The notes beneath the pieces were generated by a model that saw nothing but the letters and a program-made list of their open reading frames with translations, was not told the DNA's origin and did not search any database. This document shows positions 8,557 to 17,720 of a stretch of 64,000 nt of DNA, one piece after another. Within the stretch, counting starts at the first letter, position 1. The number at the start of each line of letters is the position of its first letter. The translations under genes were made by a program, and so were the position numbers. Source of the DNA: Spirochaetota bacterium (GTDB lineage: Bacteria > Spirochaetota > UBA4802 > UBA5550); the NCBI GenBank assembly GCA_963664815.2, contig CAXXHB010000003.1:2240001-2304000 (forward strand). The letters are read 5' to 3'.

Positions 8557-9864
8557 ATGAAAAAAATTTCCGCTATCGCTTTAATAATGTCAGTCATTGC
8601 CCTCTCCTTTCTTTTTGGCAATGGTGGTAATGTTTACAGTGATGGTTTCAAAAGCTCGGGAAATATAACCCTGTCACAGGCAAAGAATATATCCCTGATA
8701 AGGGAAGACCTTTATATTACATTGAAACAGGATTTAGTTGAAGTAAATGTTACTTACCAGCTTGATAATCGAGATGTTGATCAAACAATAAAATACGGTT
8801 TTCCTTTCAGAGTGGATAATAATTACAGTAGTTCAGGTGAAGATGACTGGATTCCGGTATACAGGATCAGTTTAAATAATAAACGGTTAACATATAATAA
8901 AAAAATTTATAATAATAATGTTAAATCAAAAGAGGGTCTTAATGAGAACGAAATAATCAGGTGGCACTTATCTGATTTACCCCTGAAGAATGGGATTAAT
9001 AGGATAGAAGTTAGTTATTCAATAAAACCGTATAAAGCTGATATAGATAAACCAGACCCTGTATTTGAATATGATTTTAAACCTGCGGCTACCTGGGATA
9101 ACGGTATAGTTAAAGAAATAAAAATTACACTGGACAGGTCAAATATAAATGAACCGGGGATGGAAGTTTATTACTCCGGCTTCAATTATAACAACGACCG
9201 GAAACAGGATAAAATTATTATTATAAAAAACAATGTAGATCTGTTCAAAATGGAAAATATTATAGCCTATTATAATTTCAGTGAATACAGATTTAATAGA
9301 GATTTTTCATTTAAAAATAGTATTTCAAATAGGAATATAAACAAAATTACTGCATCGAGTACATTATCCATGAAATATACAAAGGCAAATCTTATTGATG
9401 AAGATTTTAATACATCCTGGGTTGAAGGCAAAGCAGATAACGGAGTAGGTGAATGGATTGAGGTTGAGTTTAATAACAAAGGGGATGGTCTGCCGAATTT
9501 TGTTGGTATTATGAATGGCTATTATCAGAATGAAGAACTATATTACGCAAATAATCGGATTAAATCTTTGAAATTAACAATAACAGAACACATACAGCCG
9601 GAAGAGATGAGTAGTGCAGAATTAAAACTGGGTTATGTCGAATATAAGTTTGACGAAATTATTGAGCTACCTGATTTAAAATATGTTAAACCGGATATCC
9701 AGAATGCCAGCAAATATCTTTCAACGTTACATACTAATCCTCCCGGAACTCAGGACAGAATGTACACTTTAGGAATAAAAAAAATCAGATTTGAAATTCT
9801 TTCAGTTTACCCTGGTAAAAAGTATAACGATACATGTATAGCAGAGTTGCTCACTTTTAAATAG
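8557..9864 (+). CDS. Exported protein, DUF4424-like N-domain plus discoidin/NADase-type glycan-binding C-domain
   Basis: Signal peptide; ISLIREDL...VNVTYQL and YDFKPAATW; C-terminal ASSTL..Y...NLID....TSWVEG...GVGEWI...NGY...NNRIK...YPGKKYNDTCIAEL. Confidence 0.65.
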   Translation: MKKISAIALIMSVIALSFLFGNGGNVYSDGFKSSGNITLSQAKNISLIREDLYITLKQDLVEVNVTYQLDNRDVDQTIKYGFPFRVDNNYSSSGEDDWIPVYRISLNNKRLTYNKKIYNNNVKSKEGLNENEIIRWHLSDLPLKNGINRIEVSYSIKPYKADIDKPDPVFEYDFKPAATWDNGIVKEIKITLDRSNINEPGMEVYYSGFNYNNDRKQDKIIIIKNNVDLFKMENIIAYYNFSEYRFNRDFSFKNSISNRNINKITASSTLSMKYTKANLIDEDFNTSWVEGKADNGVGEWIEVEFNNKGDGLPNFVGIMNGYYQNEELYYANNRIKSLKLTITEHIQPEEMSSAELKLGYVEYKFDEIIELPDLKYVKPDIQNASKYLSTLHTNPPGTQDRMYTLGIKKIRFEILSVYPGKKYNDTCIAELLTFK

Positions 9865-9965
9865 TTAAATATTCTTTATTGTGTTCGATATTTATCGGAT
9901 ATAAATCATCTGACTCCCTCTTACACTCTCACAATACAGTTAAGATATTACAAGCCTGTGATGCT

Positions 9966-10254
9966 TCAAAAACACGGATTAAGAAATTCTATAATTTTTT
10001 TCCTTAAATCTTTAAATGAAATTTCATTAAACTGCAGCAGGATTCGCTTTGCAAATATCAATATATGATGACAGGTTATCATAATCAAAATCTACTAGTT
10101 TATATATACCTGGTTTTACTTTTTCTATCAGGTTTTCATCAAGTAGTTTCCTGATATACAAGGTATGCACTTTATTTTTTAAAAGTTCTTTAAGAGTAGA
10201 GTATCCGTTATTTTGAATGAATACTTCTTTGATTTCTTTTTTTATATCGTTCAT
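9966..10254 (-). pseudogene. Collapsed type IV TA (AbiEi antitoxin N-terminus plus possible AbiEii C-terminal remnant)
   Basis: NNGYSTLKEL...IEKVKPGIYKL wHTH stops at 75 aa; an overlapping frame encodes EISFKDLRKKIIEFLNPCF*. Confidence 0.6.
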
Positions 10255-10577
10255 ATAAATTCGTTTTAAATATTAAAAAAAAGAATTTTTTTAAAATAGA
10301 ACAATAATATATTTAAACATAATGAATCTAAAACGATCTATATCCTTTTATAAAAATAAAATTTCAGAATAAATGTTTACACAACTAAGGAGAGAATACG
10401 TCTCTTACTGTCTGATAACTATGAATCGCTGGTTTTTATCTAGCCTTCAAATGGCTAATGAAAAACTTATTTAATCATCCTTCCATCGTCTCATCAGCTG
10501 AAAAAGCCTTGACTTATGTGTAGTATTGAAGCTTTATTGGATTGCTCGCTAAAGAGACATATCATAGTGGAGAGCTT

Positions 10578-11168
10578 ATGGGGATTGATTTATTACCGGA
10601 GTTTGTACGAACTAACTATGAAGTTCATGAATGGAAACATGCCTGTGCAATCCTTAAAGAAGATTTCCCGGACGAATGGAACGATATAATTGCAGTATTG
10701 TCAGCTTTCAGGCTGAAGAAAAGCTGGATTATCAATCCCGGCGGAAGAAAATCACAGATATCTGAATCTATAGACTCTTTTCTATACAACAGAAACTGGG
10801 TTGAAAAAGAGTTTAAAACCAGAGTCGTTGTTGATGACCTGTCAATGGATGCCCCGACTCACAAAGTGGACTGTTTTAAAAACAGGGTTGCAGTTGAAAT
10901 TGAATGGAACAATAAAGATCCTTTTTTCGACAGAGATTTAAACAATTTCAGATTGCTGTTTGATCTTCGGGCAATCAGTATCGGAGTAATTATAACAAGA
11001 TGTGATGACTTACAGGATATATTTAACGAATTAGGACGTGGAACGTCATATGGCGCATCCACTACACATATGAACAAACTTCTCCCCCGCATTGAAGGGG
11101 GAAGCGGAGCTGGTTGTCCAATACTGGTTTTCGGAATTTCTAAAAATCTTTATTCAGAGGATGAATAA
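10578..11168 (+). CDS. BglII/BstYI-family restriction endonuclease
   Basis: THKVDCFKNRVAVEIEWNNKDPFFDRDL; ATG 10578 with RBS GGAGAG. Confidence 0.85.
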   Translation: MGIDLLPEFVRTNYEVHEWKHACAILKEDFPDEWNDIIAVLSAFRLKKSWIINPGGRKSQISESIDSFLYNRNWVEKEFKTRVVVDDLSMDAPTHKVDCFKNRVAVEIEWNNKDPFFDRDLNNFRLLFDLRAISIGVIITRCDDLQDIFNELGRGTSYGASTTHMNKLLPRIEGGSGAGCPILVFGISKNLYSEDE

Positions 11169-11170
11169 CA

Positions 11171-11821
11171 ATGAACGCATCTGATGATTTATTAAAAAAG
11201 GTCGGTACAAAAAAATTTTCAACCATATTGGCAGATCCGCCATGGCAATTTCAGAACAGAACAGGAAAAATGGCTCCGGAGCATAAGCGCCTCTCCCGTT
11301 ATCCGACAATGACTTTACAGGAAATCAGGGATTTACCGGTAAGTGAAATTGCAAATGAAACCGCACATCTGTATTTATGGGTTCCGAACGCGCTGCTTCC
11401 TGAAGGTCTGCAGGTTATGGAGAGCTGGGGTTTTACATATAAAACCAATCTCATATGGTATAAGATAAGAAAAGATGGCGGACCTGACAGAAGAGGTGTC
11501 GGATTCTATTTTCGCAATGTAACAGAGGTAATTTTATTTGGTGTCCGCGGGAAAAAAAATTTGCGCACATTACAACCGGGCAGAAGCCAGGAGAATATAA
11601 TTTCATCGATAAAGCGTGAGCACAGCCGTAAACCGGATGAACAATATGATTTAATTGAAGCCTGCAGTTCCGGGCCTTTCATTGAGCTTTTTGCCAGGGG
11701 TCCAAGAAAGGGATGGTTTAACTGGGGAAATCAGGCTGAAGAGTATTCTCCCGATTGGGACACATATTCAAATCATTCACAATCAAAGACAAATTCCATA
11801 AAACAAAAAAAAGCTATATAG
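11171..11821 (+). CDS. MT-A70 family adenine methyltransferase
   Basis: ADPPW, HLYLWV, WGFTYK, HSRKP, ELFAR, WGNQ. Confidence 0.92.
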   Translation: MNASDDLLKKVGTKKFSTILADPPWQFQNRTGKMAPEHKRLSRYPTMTLQEIRDLPVSEIANETAHLYLWVPNALLPEGLQVMESWGFTYKTNLIWYKIRKDGGPDRRGVGFYFRNVTEVILFGVRGKKNLRTLQPGRSQENIISSIKREHSRKPDEQYDLIEACSSGPFIELFARGPRKGWFNWGNQAEEYSPDWDTYSNHSQSKTNSIKQKKAI

Positions 11822-11891
11822 TTTTAATTTTTTAACATATAAATCAGTGTAAAATAAACAATTATTGTTTTGCTGCCAGCTTAGCAACGAT

Positions 11892-12782
11892 TCAGAACTG
11901 TTTAAAATCAAGCGGAATATCCCTGTCTTTAACCAGTATCTGAACAGCTTTCTCTCTTATTGTTTCCAGATGCTCAGGTTTTTCCATATACCCGACATTC
12001 ATCTCATTGAAATAATTTTTTCTTTCCTGTGATATGTCACTGGAAAAAAAGAGGAAAAATTCATTTAAGTCAGGGTACAAATCTCTGGACTTTTCAAAAA
12101 ATGTTATTCCATCCATTGTAGGCATATCGATATCTGAGATGATCAGTTTGTACCGGTTTTCCTGTAATTTAATAAATGCTTCAGTTCCGTCATATGCTTT
12201 ATCAATGTTTCCGATCTTCGAAAGCACACTAGCAAGTAACTCTACTATTAACAGATTATCATCAACCAGAAGTATTTTATCCTTCCAGACAGGTTTGAGT
12301 TTTTTATATTTATCTGTAATTTCCTTAAATTCAGGGCGGTTTTCATAATAAACTTCTACTTTATATTTATGATTCTGTATAGCCTGGCCTATATTTTTAA
12401 ATTCATCAATATCATTTTTTAATGATTCAACTACATACAGAAAAATATCGTTCCATTCTGAAAATTCAGCATTGATAATTGACTCACAAAGAAATGATCT
12501 GGTTAAAGTTCCTGCGGCCAGATGATGATTTAATCCGTCTAAAATACTTTTAATCCTTTCATCTATCTCTGAATCAATAATGACAGCAGCCTCATATCCG
12601 GCATTACCCTTATAATAATCACCTGCCCTGTCCATTATATAAAAATGCAGAGCTTCATCATCGGCGAGGTCATCAAGAAAAATTTTTAAATCTGTATCAT
12701 CGTGGAAATAATCAGCTGCTTTCCGGTAAATACTTTCAATCCTCTTTTCGTTATTTGCCAGCCAGGTTATTATATCTATCAT
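11892..12782 (-). CDS. Ferritin/rubrerythrin-like domain fused to a response-regulator receiver
   Basis: N-terminal E..IY....A...LADDEALH; C-terminal LLVDDN...ISDIDMPTMDG...EKP. Confidence 0.75.
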   Translation of the reverse strand: MIDIITWLANNEKRIESIYRKAADYFHDDTDLKIFLDDLADDEALHFYIMDRAGDYYKGNAGYEAAVIIDSEIDERIKSILDGLNHHLAAGTLTRSFLCESIINAEFSEWNDIFLYVVESLKNDIDEFKNIGQAIQNHKYKVEVYYENRPEFKEITDKYKKLKPVWKDKILLVDDNLLIVELLASVLSKIGNIDKAYDGTEAFIKLQENRYKLIISDIDMPTMDGITFFEKSRDLYPDLNEFFLFFSSDISQERKNYFNEMNVGYMEKPEHLETIREKAVQILVKDRDIPLDFKQF

Positions 12783-13011
12783 ATTATCAGCGCTTCGATT
12801 AAATCAAACGTAGATTTCTGCCAGGTAAACAAACGGGTAATCCCCATAACAAAATTCTGTCTAATCCATTATTTTCTGAAAAATTTTCCTGCAGAATCAT
12901 TTTCACAATCCTTCTATGTTCTGCAGGAATACCAGTTTAAAACCAATTGAATGAGTGTCAAGCAGTTCAACATGGTCAAACAGAAATAAACCGGCATTAA
13001 ATAAATTATTT

Positions 13012-13920
13012 TTATTTAACCGGTTTAAAACTGAATCCATCACCCTCCTTCATAACATGCCCGATTCCGGGGAATATTATGTGCGCTCCGGCAATAAAGA
13101 ATCCCTCAGAGCTTGCCCTGTTCAGAATCATCTTTCTTACTTCTGCTGCTCTATTAATATCTTTATCATAAACAAGGGAGATCTCAGGATGCGGAAACTG
13201 CATCAATGTAATATGCAGAAAATCACCTGCCATCAAAAGCCTCTCCCCTTCTGATTCAAATAAATAACCGACATGCCCCGGAGTATGACCCGACATCTTA
13301 ACAGAAGTGACCCCTTCAGTGATAACTCCGCCGGGAACAAAAGATTCAACCCTTCCGGAGTATATTTTAAGAGCTTTATTGGCTGTTTCAAAATAACTTT
13401 TCATGTTTGAGGGGAGTGATTTAATGGCATTATCATCAAATGCTGCAATTTCATTTTTTGAGAAAAACAGTTTAGCCTTCGGGAATACAGCCTTCCCGTT
13501 ATTAATAAGACCACCTACATGGTCCAAATGCGCATGAGTAATAAGTATTATATCTATATCATCAGGTTTCAATCCGGCTTTCTTCATGTTTTCCAGCATT
13601 TTCCCCTTTCGTGAACCCTCGGTCCCCAGGCCGGAGTCAATCATAATATTCTGTTTACCTGTTTTAACAACAAAGACATTAATAGAGCTCTTAAGTTCAC
13701 CTTCAGGCATATATTTTTTAATTAATGCGGGATCTCCATTTTTAACCAGATCTGATTTCATCACAGAAGATAAATCAAGAAGTGAAATGACTTCAAATTT
13801 ACCAAGCTTCATGCTGTAGTTTTCTGCAGTCTTTGAACTGCACATTGTTTCTGAAGAGAGCAGAAGAGAAACTGCCGCAACTGAAAAAATAACGGTTTTT
13901 AACGTTTTCATTAACCTCAT
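13012..13920 (-). CDS. Exported MBL-fold metallohydrolase (methyl-parathion hydrolase/lactonase-like)
   Basis: THAHLDHVGG, GHTPGH, GD, GAH; signal peptide. Confidence 0.88.
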   Translation of the reverse strand: MRLMKTLKTVIFSVAAVSLLLSSETMCSSKTAENYSMKLGKFEVISLLDLSSVMKSDLVKNGDPALIKKYMPEGELKSSINVFVVKTGKQNIMIDSGLGTEGSRKGKMLENMKKAGLKPDDIDIILITHAHLDHVGGLINNGKAVFPKAKLFFSKNEIAAFDDNAIKSLPSNMKSYFETANKALKIYSGRVESFVPGGVITEGVTSVKMSGHTPGHVGYLFESEGERLLMAGDFLHITLMQFPHPEISLVYDKDINRAAEVRKMILNRASSEGFFIAGAHIIFPGIGHVMKEGDGFSFKPVK

Positions 13921-14224
13921 AATTCTGACTCCTGTTTTTAAATTTTCTTTTTTATAATTTATAATTTATAATTTTAGTACTGTCAACTTTATAAATTTAC
14001 TGGAAAACTGCTTCCTGAAACCTGATAATAATATAAATCTTCTGAATACGATTACAGGATTAAAGAATTTTCAGAATTTTCTGCAGACAGGGATATAGGA
14101 CACGAACATACATACATCGTGCATCAGATGAATCAGATATAATATTACAGCAGATTTATGACAAATATCACAATCTGTTTACAGAGTATTCAGTTTCGCT
14201 TCAATTACACCTCAAACACCTTAC

Positions 14225-14770
14225 TTACAGCTTTAAACGCGCGTTTTTCTCTGTCGGTAACGGTGTTGAAACGGTATTGAAACGGTTTTCAACAGGGTCT
14301 ATATACTGCCTGTGTCCCGCTTTAACAGATTTACTTTTATCTTTTGCTGCATTAATATTACTCTGTCCATCTGCTGATCTGCTGTTTTCTGAACAGAAAA
14401 AGGTATATTCTGTAACCTCGCCTGAAGCAGATGCGACCACTGCACCCTCTGATCCGCCGCTTCCCGATGGAGATACCGGTGAGCCGGGTGCAATTCCACG
14501 AAGGTATTCCGACATAAAGAGATTATACCCTGACTTTCTCTTCCTCTTTGCCCTTGCTCTGTAAATGGCCTTCTCCTCCTCAGGGAGTACCTGCCATGCC
14601 TTTACACTGCCGCCGAAATTACCCCTGCATTTCACCTGGGGCTCTGTACGCGGATTCTTAGGAATTGTGCGTGCTTTAATGTAGATTTTGCCATAGCGCC
14701 TGTAAAGCACAAGATCGCCCATACCTCCATGCGCAGTTCTTAAATAGGGATGAAGCTTTACTTTTGCCAT
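14225..14770 (-). CDS. Basic hypothetical protein, probable nucleic-acid binding (DUF6266-like/HMG-box-like), with low-complexity tail
   Basis: G.MGDLVLYRRYGK...NPRTEPQ...W..L..EEK..Y...A.....SGYNLFMSEYL; RBS AAGGAG. Confidence 0.6.
   Translation of the reverse strand: MAKVKLHPYLRTAHGGMGDLVLYRRYGKIYIKARTIPKNPRTEPQVKCRGNFGGSVKAWQVLPEEEKAIYRARAKRKRKSGYNLFMSEYLRGIAPGSPVSPSGSGGSEGAVVASASGEVTEYTFFCSENSRSADGQSNINAAKDKSKSVKAGHRQYIDPVENRFNTVSTPLPTEKNARLKL
14259..14291. repeat. 11-bp tandem repeat x3
   Basis: AACGGTGTTGA AACGGTATTGA AACGGTTTTCA. Confidence 0.7.
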
Positions 14771-14842
14771 ACATTTACACTCCTTTTTATTTTATATTGA
14801 GATTTATGTCTCTTATAACCAGTGCGGAAAAGCAAATGACAT

Positions 14843-15050
14843 GGGGCAAGCAGAATTTTTAAAAATTTTATGTGTTAAAAACCAGATTTATCAAAGATGG
14901 TGTTCTGCCTTGCCCCTTCTGGGCGCCCGAGCGTAGCGACAAAGTACCCTTGGGGTAGGTGCGGGGACTGATGAATCCCGGCTGCTGAAGGTATACTATA
15001 CAGACAGTGTGTACACAAAATGTAATGTTTAAAACCCACTTTATCAAAGA
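14843..15050. repeat. GC-rich multi-hairpin element (REP/MITE-like or structured RNA) with 25-bp direct repeats
   Basis: Stems GGGGCAAGCAGAA/TTCTGCCTTGCCCC, TACCC/GGGTA, GGGA/TCCC and CCTTC/GAAGG; 21/25 direct repeat at 14873-14897 and 15026-15050. Confidence 0.5.
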
Positions 15051-15121
15051 GGTTATCCGACTGTTTATGAATTTAAAGTTCAATAAATATTATCGGTTGT
15101 GTTACTGCGGATATAGTTCAG

Positions 15122-15157
15122 CCGGTAATGAGATTTAATGTCAAAATTCATTACCGG
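15122..15157. terminator. Inverted repeat downstream of the FGE gene
   Basis: CCGGTAATGA...TCATTACCGG. Confidence 0.45.
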
Positions 15158-15180
15158 GGCAAACATCAATAGTATGCCGG

Positions 15181-16209
15181 TCACCGGGTGACAACAATAC
15201 GGAAACCAAGGCCATATCCGGAATCCGTGGGGCTGCTGTTGGTTCTGGAGGGTAAAAGAATATCTTTTTCTTCACCCAGGAAAGGGCCGCCGCGTTTGGA
15301 GCGATAAGTCCCATATGCCGGACCTGTCGGATTAATTGTCGGACTTTCAGAATAATATTTTTCACTGTACCAGTCCATACACCACTCATTGACATTTCCA
15401 ATCATATCGTATAAACCGAAAGCATTCGGTTTCTTCTCTCCGACAGGATGTGTTTTACGTTCAGAATTTGCAAGGTACCAGCAGTAATCACCGTTCAATT
15501 CATCTCCCCAGTAGAATTTTGTAGTTGTACCGGCACGGCAGGCATATTCCCATTCTGCCTCGTATGGCAATCTTACCTTCACATTATACTTTTCGCCGAA
15601 TTTTTTACAGAACTCCATTGCATTGTTCCAGGTTACCTTTTCAACGGGGAGATTATCACCTTTGGAATTACTCGGGTTTGTTCCCATAATCTCCTGATAC
15701 TGCTTCTGGGTAATCTCATATTTATCAATCCAGAAACCATCCACTGTAACCTGATGAACAGGTTTTTCATCAGGATTGCCGGTATCCGAACCCATCATAA
15801 ATGTTCCACCCTTGATATATACCATCTCTACATTTCCGATCTTCTCAACCGCTCCCAGTTTAGCGGTTAAACTTTTATTCTTGTCAGGTTTGACATCTGT
15901 GTTTACATCATCTTTGCTGAATCTGGAAACCGTCATTCCCTTATTCAGACTGGCCGGCTTACCCTTCCCTTTTATCCTGCATTTTGCAACTGTCTGCATT
16001 GGAAATGTCACCTCCAGTTCCAACTTGCCGTTTTCAGTTTCAACCTGAAGCCGGTCGCCAATTTTTATATCCGTTCCGGGCTTTACATTTACTATAACTT
16101 CTTTGCCGGCAGGGTTTATACTGCCTATTTCACCAATTTTGTTCCCTGCTGCAGCTGATATTCCAGTCAGCAGTAACACCATGAATACATACAAAAAAAC
16201 TCTTCTCAT
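15181..16209 (-). CDS. Exported formylglycine-generating enzyme (SUMF1/FGE, C-type lectin fold) domain protein
   Basis: GGTFMMGS, EITQ, RLPYEAEWEYACRAG, PNAFGLYDMIGNVNEW, RGG...GFR; signal peptide from ATG 16209. Confidence 0.88.
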   Translation of the reverse strand: MRRVFLYVFMVLLLTGISAAAGNKIGEIGSINPAGKEVIVNVKPGTDIKIGDRLQVETENGKLELEVTFPMQTVAKCRIKGKGKPASLNKGMTVSRFSKDDVNTDVKPDKNKSLTAKLGAVEKIGNVEMVYIKGGTFMMGSDTGNPDEKPVHQVTVDGFWIDKYEITQKQYQEIMGTNPSNSKGDNLPVEKVTWNNAMEFCKKFGEKYNVKVRLPYEAEWEYACRAGTTTKFYWGDELNGDYCWYLANSERKTHPVGEKKPNAFGLYDMIGNVNEWCMDWYSEKYYSESPTINPTGPAYGTYRSKRGGPFLGEEKDILLPSRTNSSPTDSGYGLGFRIVVTR

Positions 16210-16611
16210 AGAAAGTAACTCCATAAATAATAAAAATTTATAATAAAAACTCCTAAACTTTTTATAATATAAATATTCTATTTTCAACACTACCAAAGGT
16301 GACGTTTAAGAATTAATCGTTCATTATAAACTAAAAAACATCTCAGGTAATTAATGCTGAATGAATTTATAATTACAAGGCACCATGATTTTCTGTTTGT
16401 CAATAATGATTTTTCTTTCAGCCCCACTTTGCATGCGAATCAATTGTTTTGATATATTACTTATTGATTTGACAACATTATAACCGGAATAATTTCTTCA
16501 ACGACACCGGCAATGCCGCTGATAACCGACGGAATGATAAAAGCAGTTACATTATATTTTTTATTTGACGCTGAGGATTAACTTCATATTATTATATCAG
16601 AGAGGATAATT

Positions 16612-16911
16612 ATGAAAAAAACAGCATTAATACTCATCAGTCTTGCAATGATTCTTCAGGTCATTCAGTGTTCTTCAACAACGTCATCTACTAAACCGAA
16701 AGCAGCACCGGCAGATCCGGTTGTCGAAGCATGTAAAAAGGACTGTACTGCCGCATATGGACAGTGTATTCAGAAAGCCGGCAAAAATGAATCTAAAAAA
16801 ACAGCCTGCACCAATACCATGGTTAACTGTTCTGCAAAGTGCGATACAAAAGCAAAAGGCTATAAAAAACCGGAACCAGCCGGCAAGTACCATAAATCAC
16901 CCGAAATATAA
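16612..16911 (+). CDS. Small Cys-rich lipoprotein
   Basis: Lipobox-like VIQC; CxxxCx6C...Cx6CxxxC; RBS AGAGG. Confidence 0.7.
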   Translation: MKKTALILISLAMILQVIQCSSTTSSTKPKAAPADPVVEACKKDCTAAYGQCIQKAGKNESKKTACTNTMVNCSAKCDTKAKGYKKPEPAGKYHKSPEI

Positions 16912-16931
16912 CATTGTTTTTCACAGCATAT

Positions 16932-16966
16932 TGCTTCACCGCCAGTCTGCGGCGAAGCAGTTTTTT
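16932..16966 (+). terminator. Intrinsic terminator
   Basis: TGCTTCACCGC-cagtct-GCGGCGAAGCA followed by GTTTTTT. Confidence 0.65.
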
Positions 16967-17127
16967 CTGACCAAAGTTTTTAAAACCACAAAGAGTCTTA
17001 AAAAACATTCCGGACAATAAAACCGCATTTATGATCATTTTATCATTGACAACAGCGTGTTGAAAAAAGGTAATTTTCATAAATTCTTTAATAATCAACA
17101 TGGCCTGATTTAATGGAGGATTATGTA

Positions 17128-17718
17128 ATGTTAAAAAATACATTTATAATAATCTGTCTTGTCATACTCCTCTCATCCGCAGCAAATGCCGATACCGGTA
17201 TCAGTGTCGAGGCATTTTACAAAAACATCACTTTAATCGATGCAAAGAATCAGAATGGAGGGGGCGGCACCATTCTGATTGACATGAACAGCCAGACCAA
17301 AGCTGCATTCAGCGGATCATACACTGCATATAAAGAAACCAGTAATATTGCAAGAAAAGACTTTGATGTCAGTTATTCACACGCGACATACTTTATAGGT
17401 ATTTTATATGAACCCCCTGTCGAATTTCTTGAAAGACACAATTTTGTATGGAGAAATTCCCTGTATGGCGGATACAGCAGAACTGAAGTGAAAATTGAGG
17501 GGTTGAAGGATGCCTCTGCTGAAGATTCAGGTTTTGCCATGGCGCTTAACACAGGAATAGGTTATAACCTTACACAGCATATCCAGCTTTTCGCAGATGC
17601 AGGGTGGCAGCATTCCTTTTATCAGGGTGACCTGAATGATTCCAATATCAGCGGCTTCCAGGTATTTGCCGGGGTAAGATATTCATTATCCGGTTCAAAA
17701 TCACTGGAGGATTATTGA
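17128..17718 (+). CDS. Small outer-membrane beta-barrel protein
   Basis: Signal peptide, amphipathic strands (GIGYNLTQHIQLFADAGW, GFQVFAGVRY). Confidence 0.7.
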   Translation: MLKNTFIIICLVILLSSAANADTGISVEAFYKNITLIDAKNQNGGGGTILIDMNSQTKAAFSGSYTAYKETSNIARKDFDVSYSHATYFIGILYEPPVEFLERHNFVWRNSLYGGYSRTEVKIEGLKDASAEDSGFAMALNTGIGYNLTQHIQLFADAGWQHSFYQGDLNDSNISGFQVFAGVRYSLSGSKSLEDY

Positions 17719-17720
17719 TT

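Noticed and set aside
14968-14995. CTGATGA suggesting a hammerhead ribozyme
   Set aside because: No stem II followed by GAAA and no cleavage-site helix; the motif sits in a simple hairpin loop.
14868-15083. 71-aa ORF (…YPKGTLSLRSG…)
   Set aside because: TTG start without RBS; it translates the palindromic element and is likely spurious.
14225-16296. Complete diversity-generating retroelement
   Set aside because: No reverse transcriptase, Avd or template repeat seen in the window.
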